Assembly (NCBI GenBank): GCA_002633005.1
Contig: NMRA01000380.1
Span: forward strand, 124,001-188,000
DNA length: 64,000 nucleotides
Reading direction: 5' to 3'
From: Phoronis australis
Lineage: Eukaryota > Animalia > Phoronida
Made by a program: the position numbers and the translations under genes. Below the pieces are notes generated by a model. It saw only the letters and a program-made list of their open reading frames with translations. It was not told the origin of the DNA and did not search any database. Every line of letters starts with the position of its first letter. Within the stretch, counting starts at the first letter, position 1. Shown here one piece after another: positions 1 to 13,600 of the stretch.

Positions 1-463
1 GATAATTTATCTACTGTACACTCGCGCGCAGGCCGTAGACTTGTACTTGTCATGTGAATTGGACGTCTCGAGTTGCGTCTCGGACATGTGGTCATTGCAA
101 GTTTGTTATTTCTAATTATTCAGAATTGTTTCGATTGTTCCAGGTGAAAGTGTTCAGGTGCAGCTTAAGCTCGGATGAGGTTATGGAGTTGTTCAACAAG
201 GGTCACTGATCACACATTATCACGTGTACACGAAGGAATCAATATACAGTGAATTATGATTCCTTGAATATTAGTTATGAGCTATCTAACGAGAGCGATA
301 TCTCATTTAAATTCCAACAAATCGGTAACACTGTGTAGCAATGAATAAGCGAATAAATTGCAGTGGCTTCACAGGAACGGCATTCTTGTTCTATTTCGTC
401 GATTTCAAAAGACCTCTCAAAGTAAATTTGACAACAGCTTCAAACTTTCAGTAAAGAGATTCT

Positions 464-677
464 CATGCGCGCACCCAGTCTTTAATATGGGGGTCTCGAA
501 TCCCTGACAAAGTGGACCTTTTAATAACAAAAAAGCGGGAGGACTAAAAAACGGGGTACTACCTTCAGGTCTGTGAACTGTGGGTCTGCGCCTATTTAGT
601 GGATTTTTGTCTCGTTTTCTCGGACATTTTGGTTTTGAGGTGGAGCTTTTTACCCACTTCCTCTGGGTGCGCGCATG
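464..677. mobile_element. MITE with 15-bp TIR and 5-bp TSD
   Basis: CATGCGCGCACCCAG...CTGGGTGCGCGCATG flanked by ATTCT on both sides. Confidence 0.75.
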
Positions 678-1699
678 ATTCTCCCTGTGTTCGGTAGGCT
701 TTAGCAAAAATGCAGTTATAGGGTGACCAGCTCCTTTGATCTTCCAACCCCACAGCAATGTAATGGGATGTATGTCTGGGAGAGATTATGATCCTGAAGA
801 CATTTCCCACAAAACCAGACTGCAATTAGTAGCTACCGCAAGTGCTGGCTCTCCTCGACAGCTTCTTTGCAATGTCCTAACCTCATTTTTGTTGCAAATC
901 ACACGTGTACAAGAATTATGAACGAATCGTCTTCTGAATTCACGTGACCTTCAGAAATATTCATAGTCTCAGGTTGTAGTAGTCTGCCGATAAACATCGC
1001 TTCTTAACACGGTTACATGTATAAATCACCCTTTCGTCACAAAAAGCTGCGTTTGACTCCTACCACTTACCGTTGTGACTGGCCTCGTGTTGTTTGTTTG
1101 TTAAAATACGTGTGAATTCTGAGAAAAAAGTGGCACGTATTGCTTACGACAGAGCTCTACAAGTTAACTTGTCACGGACGGTCATTTTACTTGCCGAGTA
1201 TGGTGTCGAGTACTACAAAAACGTCAATTCTTTGCAAGACCAAAAATGATTCTCATCTAAGTAAGGAACAAATTGAGACCAAATTTGTATCGGCAAGTGG
1301 TATAAATTAAACGTACGTTTTTCACGGAACACGGGTTCATTGTCGCTATAAAATCCACAACAGACAGACAATCTTGATTTAAACACCGTTTACTTATGTC
1401 CCTCGCCCCCGTACGTAAATTAGTTCCATCGAACTTCTCTAGTCATAGCACAGTTAAAAGGTTACTGCGACAAAGGGTGGTGCCTCGTAGTTACATGTAA
1501 AAACCTGTCGTAGAGGTCACAAATAATGTGGTGCAATTATCGTTTAGCCTTTAATCCACATTGACAGAACGAGACGTAGTATACCTTGACAAATGCTGCC
1601 TGGGAAGTTAATGCTTTATTGACCACTCATTGGACAAACTGACAATTTGTCCACAGTCTTGTTTGATGAGCATTGGTTCGCTAAGAGCTTGTTGTCAGA

Positions 1700-2040
1700 G
1701 GAATATACATAGACGGCAGCTGCCATTCAACGACCCAGCAAGTTCGTCTGCTCTTTCATTCACGTCAGCATGTCCAGGCACATGTGTCCAGAAAACACCC
1801 AGGAATACACTGTATGTGTTCGGCACGAGAAGAGGGGCAGTTAGCTAGCAGCAGGCAGGTTCCCAAACACATTCCGCGTCAGACGAGTCATTGATTCGGT
1901 AGCAAAGTTCACAGCGGCCGAAAACAGACCCACTCGCGAGTGTCTGATGACACCACCTTTGTGGCCTTGAACTCTATGCGATTACTGTTGACGTAAATAC
2001 TGGGGCATCCAGGCCCTTCTGCAATTGTGGTTATTCCTGA
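1700..2040 (-). mobile_element. Degenerate retroelement RNase H fragment
   Basis: FWTHVPGHADVNERADELAG (WxPGHxGxxGNExAD motif), with upstream NRIEFKA and FATESMT-like motifs in shifting frames. Confidence 0.55.
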
Positions 2041-3774
2041 ACAGACGTCAAATAAACCTAACAGGCTTGAGTGTTGTCTGTCGAAAAACGAGTCACCAGT
2101 ATTGTTGAAGAAGCTGTTCGATGAGCACGTTGAAGCAAATTTACTGTTGACGCGCACAGTAGAAAAGACGACTAAGCACGATACAATGTTTAATATTACT
2201 AGTACTAATTCTTCAACTGTGCAGAAAACGTGTAAAAAGGTCAAGGTCAGTAACCGATTGCGACATCTGTCGGAACAACAAAAAATACCTAAGAACCGTA
2301 GCATGACAAGTATCAACCAAAAACAGCCTCTTCTCTTGCAAGGTTGTAAAACATTTGGTAACAATTAGCGTCTGTGGCTTCTTCTGGTCCCTCTTGATTT
2401 GCTGTTAAGAGTATGCTATAATGATCAGGGCCCGCTGTTGTCGGTCTACTTCATCACTCGACAACCAGTCGGTGGCTGAGGCGTCAGAGTGTTAGCCAAC
2501 CAGATTAGCGGTAGCCACAGAATACATCCATGAGTTCCCGCTTGGTATCTGATGTTGCATTCTGTCGGTAGATGTAGATCTTGCTGGTCAAAGGTTATAA
2601 ACTGAAGGAATGAGTCGTAACACTGTGATTTGCATAGGCTTTGTGGCCACCTGCTGAAGGGTCTGTTACTCCACAACGTTTTTAGGAATACCCATGAAAT
2701 ATTGCTGCGGTGCGCTGGAGGTGCACTAGGCTATAAACCAGTCTTCCACGATACCAAAGCAATTTTTTTAATCTCAGTAGATCACATACATGTACAGTTG
2801 TGAAAGTGGACTCGAAGTTTACCTTAATCAAATTGAAGATGATTTCAAACCTTTAAAATAACTTTTGATTCGCGATTGCTTGAGACTATGCACCACACGT
2901 TGGCTTGTCACGCCGCGTTATTTGAAGCGTCAGGTATGCTCTCAGTGATAAGAATCAACTAGTTCTTTGCAAACCCTTTTCACCTGAGTAAATAATAAGT
3001 CACAATACGAAATATAAATGAAAAACAATTATACTGCTTCATAGCCGCTTTAATAAACTGCTCTCATTGGAAAACGCGATTATTTTTGATATATATTTAA
3101 ACACATGAGTCTAAATGCTCACTTTTACGGTAGGCAAAATGCTCTTGGTACTGTAGCTGTTAGACGGTATCAGGTCAACAATGAAATTAAATTACGTACA
3201 TGTAGACTGACGTTGACATGCACTCAAAACATGAAACTGCAACACAAACGACAGTTAAACAAACGTCAAATATGACACAGATTTATAGGTAACCGCTACT
3301 AGGTATTGAGAAACGATTGTCATCTGGGGTTGCTAATTGAAGAATAGCATGCTTCTATGTTACCTTACTAAACTTGCAAATGCGTGTTAATCTCGAAGAC
3401 AAATATTTATTACTAAGCACAGTTACCTTGCCCTAGTAACAACAGAAATGTGATGAAATTGGTCCAGCAAAAAACTCACATGTTGTTGGAAAAGCCATTC
3501 ATTTGCACGTTTTTGATTCAAATTTATTAACTTAAGCACAGTGAAAGCTGCTTATCTGTATATTGCTAGCCCTTTGGAAAACAGATACTGTATTAGGCAA
3601 AATGATACATCTACAGGTTTGTGCTTTTTTATTTTCGCTATTTTTCAAAATAAACTACGCGCACTTTAACAGAACTCTGCTAGTCCCCGTACTCAGAGAG
3701 ATTAGTAAACGATAAAACGTTATAGTTTTGTAGATATTTATCTGAGCACACACGCTTTTCGATAAGATCCTACA

Positions 3775-3980
3775 TATACATAACCATAATATAGAATATA
3801 CATAACCTTAATATACAGTGTACACTTGTAACCTTATATACAGTGTACATAACCTGAATATACAATGTACATAACCTTAATATACAATGTGCACAACCTT
3901 AATATACAATGTACATAACCTTAACATACAATGTACATGTACATAACCCTAATATACAATGTACATAACCATAATACATC
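3775..3980. repeat. 22-bp minisatellite (about 9 units)
   Basis: Unit GTACATAACCTTAATATACAAT. Confidence 0.9.
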
Positions 3981-3990
3981 GCAAATATCA

Positions 3991-3996
3991 TTTATT
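3991..3996 (-). promoter_or_regulatory. Candidate polyadenylation signal of the RTK
   Basis: AATAAA about 570 nt past the stop, followed by a TG/T-rich tract. Confidence 0.35.
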
Positions 3997-4562
3997 TTGC
4001 TTCCCTTTAGTTAACAAAACTCAAAAGTTGAAGCACGTTTGGAACACTTTACCAAGTCTTTTAATTCTGCAAGCGTGAGGCAAGTTGTGACACCGACCGA
4101 CACGAAAAGCAAAGTACCCCATGTCACACTCTCCACTCTAGAAGCGTTAGAAGATGTTTTGGCTGATCAGTATGCTTATCACCAGATAGGCATTACCAGT
4201 GCCAATGGTAATTCCTTCCTGTTATCACTCAAGTGAAATACTGAGTATGCTACAATAAATGACAGAACCAGCTACTCTGTTCTCATCCGGCGTGCGTTTC
4301 GTAGAGGCGAAAATCTCACGAAAACCCAAAAACGCGAGATACAATGTATTGTCACATGTTACAAGCAAAGCTTCCTTGGTGAGGTTCTTTTGTCTACTAA
4401 ACTTTACACAGAACTCATGCCTGCTCTCATGTTGGGAAACGTGTCAAGCGATCACTCGAACGAATTAGTGGTAGTTGTATACTGCTCACAGATCCCCAGT
4501 GTCGCCTCGTTGGCATCTTCCTCGAATCCCCCTAACTGTCCACTTAGTGCAAGAACACACAA

Positions 4563-4683
4563 CTATGTGTCTGGTCCTGAGTCCAGCCTTAAAGCCTTGT
4601 CCAAGAAAACCGTGCTCTCTGCGCTTGAGGTAGACAATCTGTCGGAGCTATTGTTCCGAATGTCGGAATTCGCCGAGACCACG
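4563..4683 (-). CDS. RTK terminal coding exon
   Basis: TATTTTCAG|(C)[42 protein letters not shown]; matches the phase-2 donor at 7208. Confidence 0.65.
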
Positions 4684-7600
4684 CTGAAAATACAGTGTAG
4701 TAAATCGATAAACGACTGGCTGTGGTGCAGAAACAAACAGCACGTCTTTTAAAGTGTTTAAAATCACCAATTTCACATCAAAAGCACCATAGAACAACTC
4801 AACCAGTCGATCAGGGCACAGTTGCATAAAAGTTATACGTCGTATAGCAACAATGACGTCGTATTATCAAGCGCCACTTTGTAATTTTTAACAATGCAGC
4901 TGACGTCATGAACAAACAAACTTATCCAGCGGATAATCATGAAGTTTTATGCAACCCAACCCAGGCGTCAAATTAGAACACCCGCAAACACCATTCTGTC
5001 TGACGACGCCTTAATTCTTTCATATCGATTTACGAACATTTTTTGTACATACATACTTGTAAAATCAGGACAACCAATCAGAGCACTAGTCATCTTGCAT
5101 TGTGTTTGGAAGGAAAAGTCGTCAGATATTGCTGCTCGTTTCTCTGAGATTTTTTGTAGAATAAGGTATGGTGAGGCCTTTGTAATGGTTGTGACAACTT
5201 AGTGTTGGACTACCCAGTCTTTTCACTTTTCCACGGGAAATCACAGAAGCCCAGACATGGCACAAGTTTACAAGAAGCACGGGTCTTGGTGGACATGCCA
5301 CGATGTCGCTGAGTATGTTCATACATTACACACATTTCCGTGGAGCTAAGAAACTTTCAACTGGATTAACTTTTTTTCTATTTTCTCTCTTTTTAGATAT
5401 TGGATTCGCGGTTGTGAGGTGCGGTGGTATAATAATGATGCTGACAATGTAGACTCTTCAAAACAAGACAAATGGTGGTTTTAAGCACTTAAAAGAGTTT
5501 AGTAAAAAGGTGTATTGACAATCTTAACATAGTTTAAACCGCACTGTTCGTGCGTTCAAATATTTTCATATTCGATTTCGGAGCAAATTGCCCAAATTTT
5601 TACAGAGACTGGTTTACCAGTGGAAAGGGTCTGCGAAACAATACATCAAAGGTGCTTCCACTGTAATGCCTGTGCCGCCACAGAATAGCCCACTATCAAT
5701 ATACTTTGAGCAATGAAAAAAAATTTGAAACGTTAATTCACCATGGGAGAAGTGAAAAAACTTCTCTACAAACTGTGCACCTCCCGTTCACGCTCAGATA
5801 ACAATCACATATATATCACTGAACTCTCGACCCTTTTTCCTCTTAGCGGTTTACACATCAATTAACATTTATAACTTTAAAAATGGAAACAAACTTAACT
5901 ATAATACCTACGAGTTCGATAAAAAATTCCCATGCCTAAAGAACATGTAACCATCTGAGTTAAAAAACGATTTTTCATGTAATCACCTTTGCAGCAACTC
6001 GAGTAGGTTCACATCTGATGCCCTACGCTTGCTCATACAGTTGGGTAATAGTTTAGATTCTGGACACAACTTTACTGAGGAGATTTCACGAGTGTCTAAT
6101 GACTGCTTGATTGCGGCAATGTTCAGCCTGAAGCGCTTATCCACCAGCTTTGTGGAATTCACTGCTTCTACTACTATTAACCCTTTGGATAATTCAAACA
6201 ATTCTTGTACGACACTTCGCAAGTGAATGCCGTCTTCTATCCCTTCTCTTGAACTGAGCGCTTCCGCATCAATGGTGGACATCACCACTCGTTTAATCCT
6301 ATTGGCAGAACAAGACAGACGGTACAGGGGCAGATCGAGGATTTTGAGATAGGGGGGCAGGGCATAGTATTAGCCAGGATTTTGGGCGTCAGACATTCGC
6401 AACCCCGAACTGCCAAATGGAATCTGGGAAAAATTAGGGAGGGGCCATGGCCCCCTTTCCCCCGACCCCTTTAAATTTGACACTGAGAAAAGACAACATT
6501 TACCATTCTTCTGTTCCAACAGCACAATATGGACACCGACAATACTATACCATCAAACAAGTTAGCATGACCTGCGTCACTGTAAACAGTAATCTGCCAG
6601 GTACCCACAGGTCCCAGACTTGGGAATGCTACCTCAGATTCTAACATTTCAAATTCTGAAAAGGTCAATTACAGTGGCCGTTTTAAAATTTATACTCAAT
6701 TCCAGCATTTCGTACGCTAGATCTGGTCTTGAATCTTGTATCTCCAATTCATTCTACCCACTAAACTTCTAGAAGAAGTAAGCTCACCTGTTGTAAAATG
6801 TGCATTTTTTTTGGCTTAACCTCTCAGGACTCGGACTAGTGATCCCAATAAGATGAATATAGTTCGATAGATCAAGAACAATACCAGTCTCATTTTGACA
6901 GAACTTTTAAGTTTAAAAACCCAAAATACTTAATGCCATCCTCTTCAAGTTTGCCAGCCGTAAACCGCTCACGTAATCTTGCCACCACCATTAGATAAAA
7001 CCAGTTCTCACCACAAATCACCTATATGACTATAAACCATACCAACTATGCCGCCGTCCTTCCTGAAAAATAATAAAGCCTGACCGAGAGACAGTTTTTG
7101 CTTCGGTGACCTGCACAAACGATCATTTGACGACTGCGACAGTTTGCGCTTTAACAGCGCTCTCTCTGCTAAAATATTTGACGGAACTAAGACAAAGCTC
7201 TGCTTACCATGTGTCCTTCTCCTTCTCATAATACTGCTGGTTGCAGTCTACACTGAAGTCTATGTAGGCGTTGGAATTCTCCAAAATTCTTTCGAGACTT
7301 TCCTTCAGTTGAGTGAAGTCCGGTCTGTCTTCCGGCTCAGGCTGCCAGCAGGAGATCATTATATCGTACCTAATACAAAATCTCACCGGTAGTTGTGGCT
7401 TCAGAGCTGTGGCTTAAGGGAAACAAAACCATGTTTGATGGCATTTTGAATGTCAATTTGACATATTTTTCTTACTCGTAAATGCATTTCAAAGTGATTC
7501 TTAAGAGATAATGAAAACAAAAAATCTTCAAAACTGGAAATACAAAAAAATGTGAGCATGCTGCGGGCACAATGCGGAGCGTTTAAATTGCTGTTAGTTA

Positions 7601-10600
7601 ATTGAGGTATTAATTTTATTACCTATATCTGGCATCATTGCTCTACAGTCAAAAGCTAAATTGTAATGGATGGAGTAGAGGATCAAAAATAGACGGGCGC
7701 CTCGGTCACTGAACAGATTCATGAGGGCGGAATAGTCACGGAACACAGCTTTCTAAGACCGGATGAGCATAGCCTAACACTTCCGATTTTAGAAATTATT
7801 GTTTTCATCAATTATGTTTTACAAAAATCAACTGAAAAGGTCCAAATTACATTGAGAAAAAGTAAACAATCAAAAATCAACTAAAAAGGTTCAAAATATT
7901 TTTAATGATATGTCAAATTGGCAAGAAAGTCATGAAAACGGTAGTTCTAGGAATTCAAGTTCAAACAATTAAAAGGACTGATTCTTAACATTCACCATGG
8001 GTGTCCATATGATCGCATGGACAGCACATTCAGACTCAGTAATTATTCATCTAAGACATGTTGTATATACATGCATAAACAAATCTTTGTTGTAACTTAA
8101 TATGAAACAGTGAAACTTTGTGCTTGAGTGTTTACGAATGATGTTCTTCGACAAGTGTGAACTGCACATACGAACCGTTTTGTCAGTTGGTTCCATGCCC
8201 ATTTTCGAAAAATGGACTTCGGAGAGACGCAAACTTTCATTTTTTCCCATTCAGTGTTTAATACGATTGAACATTTCAAACCATTGACATAATGTGACCT
8301 TACATTTCGCGGCTGCAGTTGTCAGGTTTCACCATTCGATACCCGTCCTTCAGAAGATTGAAAAGCTCCCGACTAGAAACTCCCGGATATGGAACACCAC
8401 CTAGTGTGACGATTTCCCACAGAACCACACCAAATGACCATCTGCAAAATATAGCAGAGTAGAGACAGTAAGCATGGTAAAATGACCGGTAGTGTGAAAC
8501 GTGCTACCATTCCCGTGTTATTTAAGTAAAAACTACAAAAATACAACTGCTATGTTGATGATAGGAGTGATTCGTATTTGGAAAAGTGCGACCTAATAAA
8601 GGATTGCCATGACGTTGACAATTTAAACAAGGCCCCCCGCTATTCACAAATTACGACCAATAACTTACAACATTTCATAGTACTAAGAAAGTAACAATCT
8701 GTAAGAATCGAAGATGTATCTATTCAGTGGCGGATCTAGGATATCACAAGGGGGGCCCAACATTTTGTCCGGCCGCAAGCATTTGCGCCAACCACGATTG
8801 TAGATGCGCATAGCACCGAATGGGGTGAGGTCGGGAGGGGGGGTTTGCCTCCCTCCCGCCCAGGAATTTTTTCTGTTTTTTCCTCTAAAAATCAAGCATT
8901 TTCCTTGATTTCTGAAGTATTATCCAAGAAAAAAAGGCAAAAAAAAAAACACGGGGAACGTGTCACACAGGAACAACTGCGAATTCCACAGATTCGAACT
9001 CACGACCTGGCTGATAGGACGCGCGTGCTTTACCACTATATCACCACGATATCACTACTAACCTAAAAGTAAGAGACCTACTTGTTTATGGTCCACAGCG
9101 TTTGCGCGTGAAACCTACTTCTTTTTGTAATGTTTATTACACGTTTTATATTTTGTGCAATCGGTTCTTAACAATTTTTTTTGTATTTAAAAGAGTCATC
9201 AAATGCCCAAAAGACCAAATCCGTTTTTCGTATTGGCAATAATGACGGGATTGCTTTGGAAATCGTCTTAACTTAAGGTTTGTCAAAGAGAGAATTAATG
9301 AGTTTCTGAGTGATTCACTAAGGTTTAGATTAAAATTCACATCTTACCAGCAGCTTCTGTTTTTCATCGTCACTCAGGTTCCATTTTCTTTAAAAAATGA
9401 AGTAAATTTTCTTCATTGCAAACACTAAAACTGCACACATTTAAATCTTTTTTCATCCGTATAATTTTAATTACCTGGGCAAATTAATAAACTCAACATT
9501 TCCCTACGCTGTTGCTGTTTTATTTTTTTTTTTTGCGGCAGCCAAGGGGGGGGGGGCTGNNNNNNNNNNNNNNNNNNNNNNNNCCCCCCCCCCCCCCCTA
9601 AATCCGCCTATGATCTATTTAATCTTCATTATTAAACCTCCATAATGGCTCAGCCCTGATCACGGATAGATAGAACACAACGTACATTTGTGCGAAGTTA
9701 GCTTACACGAGCGAGCAGAGCTAAAGAAGCTCACGTCGTCGTGCACAGCTTACGTGTTACGACAATGCATCCAATATTCGAACATATCAGTGCATGCACT
9801 TTTGCAGTACATTCCTTCGCAATTCATGTTGTGAGCATACGACCTATCCGCCAACAGAGCAATGGCAAGCAAAATCGTTTACTTTCGTTCATGGTATACA
9901 TACACGTCGCTCTTTATGGTATATTCTTGGCGAAAGATGGCTTCTATGGACATCCATTTCACCGGAAGTCGTCCCGTGGTCTTTTTCAAATAAATGCTGC
10001 CTTCATAAATATCACGGGTTAAGCCAAAATCAGAAATCTTGACAAGGTTTTCTCCAGCGACAAGCACGTTTCGAGCAGCAAGATCCCTATGTACAAACTT
10101 TTTCTGAGCAAGATACTCCTGAAAAGACCACTTATACGGTACATGCACATCCAAGAAAGTTGAATCTATCAAACTTCAACTTTTTTACCATGTTTCGCAT
10201 TCATTCTAACAATCGAAGTTAAGGCGTTGCTATAATGGCAATGAATCGTATTTTGTTTAATTTCCCCTGACCTCTTTTATAGAGTGATGTTACCCACACG
10301 CGAACATCGTTTTAAAAGTTGTATGGACGACACACGGTCACTGTTTGAAATTTGACAAGCAAGAGGTCTCGGAAATTATTTATCCCGAGTTGTTAACTAG
10401 AAGGGGATGAGCAGACGATGAATGCAAAGCCTAAAGCAAGCAGAGACATGTCAATCTTTCAAACTGATTGTGAAAAGAATATTAGCTGTCGAGTTATTTG
10501 TTAACCGGGAATTTGAGTCATTTACCGATTAAATGAACCACTATATTCCTCGGGATCGTTGAATACTGGTGTTATCATTACGGTTGCTAAATATGCTGAA

Positions 10601-13600
10601 TATTGCATTAGAAAAAGCGGCGCCTGCACCACCGCAAATGTCTGTCGTTATAATGCATTTTTTAACGTAGCTATTGAATTACCATTCCAAATGCTATTTG
10701 TCTTGCGTATGACAGCAGACGGCTGTTAGATTTTGCCTCGTTGTCCGACAACTCACAGTCTGTAATAAGAAGGTGTTATTTACTTTTTTTCCAATCATCA
10801 AGAAAGAATCAATGTCCATCATTAGTAACAACAGACCTGTTCCATTATGGAATTCTATCTGGAAATGTTAGGAAAATTTTCAAAGAACCACGGTAATTCC
10901 ATTCGGTCCATTTTGTGATTCACATCCCATGCCTTTGAACTGGTCCCTCGCAATCTTCTTATGACTAAACGTTTCAATCCAAATCTATCCAACCGTGTCA
11001 ATCGTGTCGGCATTGACGGTTCGAGTAACTACTTAAGATTTCAAACTGGAACTTATAGCTTTACTGGTGGGATCGCCAGGAGCAAAACAGGATTACACAG
11101 TCATCCAGGTGAATTATAATATACATGAGCACATAGTACACGTGATAGACCCTTATCTTGTGACGTCAGTGCATGCCAAGTTAAAACGGAAAATGTGAAA
11201 AATATTTATGAGTGCAATTTCGAGTAAAAAGATTAAATCCCGACCCCTGGTTGCGCAACAATCTTAGGTTCATTAAAAACATTGCCCCTACTTCTAGGAT
11301 TCTGAATAAGTTTTTGAGCATGGAAGAACCGCAAACTACTTACGTTTCGAGATATCCTTCGTCTCTACGCATTCAGGGAAATTCTTGACGTTTACATCAA
11401 ATATCTTAGCAATGTGCTTATCTTCCAAATACTCGGAACCGGCATAATTGGCTAGTGAATCCGAAACTAAAAAATAAATATCATTTCACGTCACCGCTTG
11501 ACAAATTGTCTCGTAGTCGTAACTACCACAGTAAAGACACAACATAGCACAGATGAAACATTAGCGTTTACTCAGCAACCTCGAACATAACATAAATAAG
11601 GATCTTTGCAAAGCGAGGATGTTATTTCCCTATCGAGGCACCAAGTGGTCTTTGGAGGAAAAGATCTATCGCCAGGCTATTGATTGACAGCTTAACTGAC
11701 CAATCAGAACGCAGCATTCTTGACACACCTTCGTCTCCGTTTCCAAGCCGCCATTTTAGCCGACAAACAACACGTTGTCGGATTAAGCTTAATTAAGTCT
11801 GTAGCTCAGGAAATTGTGTGATAAGAACGGTGAAACGGTGTTGATATGGCGTGTGTAATTCCGAAAGCCGTTATGCAGCTCGAGACGAATATCCCGTCAC
11901 GTTTTGGGCATTCCCTAGGCCGAAAAGTGATGTCGAAAGGTGCAAACGATGGATAAAACTGTGAGGACAGCCACACGGGCAGCTGAACTTGGCAATATAG
12001 CCAGATTACTCGAAAGCTAAACACAAGATAGTACTTTTCAGTTTGGTGGCCTATCTGATTTTGACTTCAAAGTTTCACTCGTCCGGCCGCCTTTGTCTCG
12101 GCACCTGTTTGAACCCAGCACTAGTCTACAGTAGACACCGGAGATTGTTGTCTTTAAGGACATTTTTATTGTTTTCCTTTTATTTCCTGCCAATGGCATC
12201 GTTTTGTTTCATAGCACATGTTATTCATATACCTGTAGGCTCGTTTTGAACTGAACTTAACAGATTCGATCGACACACAGGGAAAGGGCTCTGGATAACT
12301 GAACTCAAATCCTTGTTCGAGCTCTTGTCACGATCAATAAACAGTTGAATTACTTTTTGTGAGAATCTCTAGTAAACACTTCGCCCGTAGAGTTAGGGAG
12401 AGCTCAACTTGTAGCTGTTTAAATTTGAAACTTGGATTTGTGAAGCTTTAAAAAAGAATTTGTCATGAGTTATTTTTGTTCTTAAAATAGCTATTTTGCT
12501 ACTACAACAGACTTACCACCTTTCGTAACCATATCACAGCTTTAGTAATCATGCTACGATTAAATTGATTGAAGGCTATCTTTATGCAATGAAACTACAA
12601 AAAATGTGAAGTTCATCAGAAGGTAGGCTTAATGGTGCAATTACAGCCAATTCCATGCATTAATTTGACTTTGACACAACCCTAGAACTACCATAGCTAA
12701 ATGCTTGCCTAGGACAAGATGAGCGCGTACTAGAGCAATGGACCTGAGGTTTTTATTCAAAACATTTCGCTCAAAAATTTGAAAAGCATAAAGAGTCCTA
12801 TCGACTCGACGTACTTTATTCGGGGAATCCCGTCAGTTATGACCTACTTTTTATTTGGCGGAATTAAGCAGATTTCAGAATACCCAGCTTCACATGAACA
12901 TATTGCATTGGTCGCCGTGTTATTTGTCAGGTGAAGATGAACCCCGAGTGGAGTTCTTCGGATTTTCGCTGGCTTCGAAATACTTTTCCTCGAACACTTA
13001 TTTTTTCATCTTCCCATTTACAAATTCTCACATCACGAACGTACGATTGTCTGCTGAAAAGCATCTCCTGTTGTCTTTGTCGAAGATTTTTTTCGGATAA
13101 TGAAAAACACCATTCATCGATTCCATAAGGAATGTCGTTTAGCGACAGTGTTTTTGCTTTCGACATCTTGTTTATTGGTGACTTGTCGCACGGGGACAGA
13201 GCTTGCAATAGGTCAATTAAAATTTTTCCATATACTGGACGTCTGTCATCCATATGCAGCACAGTGTATCAAACAACACACGTTTCTTCTACTGTATCTA
13301 AAAAGCCACCATTTTTTGGTTCAATTATCCAGGTCATGTAAACTTTGTTACCCTCACCTTCGTCGCTCAGCAACCGCTTACCGCTCTCCACATTTTCTTC
13401 TTCTCCCGGATAAAGACGTCGAACATGGTGACGGGTCATTTTCTTCTGTAAGTGAAAACAAAATCCTGTCGTCCAAATCGATTTACATGTTTTCACAAAG
13501 ACTTTGCAGTTTGTTGTGTCGTGTACAAAGCTTCAACGCATTTTGTGGCCGACTAAGGACAACTATTCGCGGCGTCGGAGTTGTGGATGCAACTCGTTAC

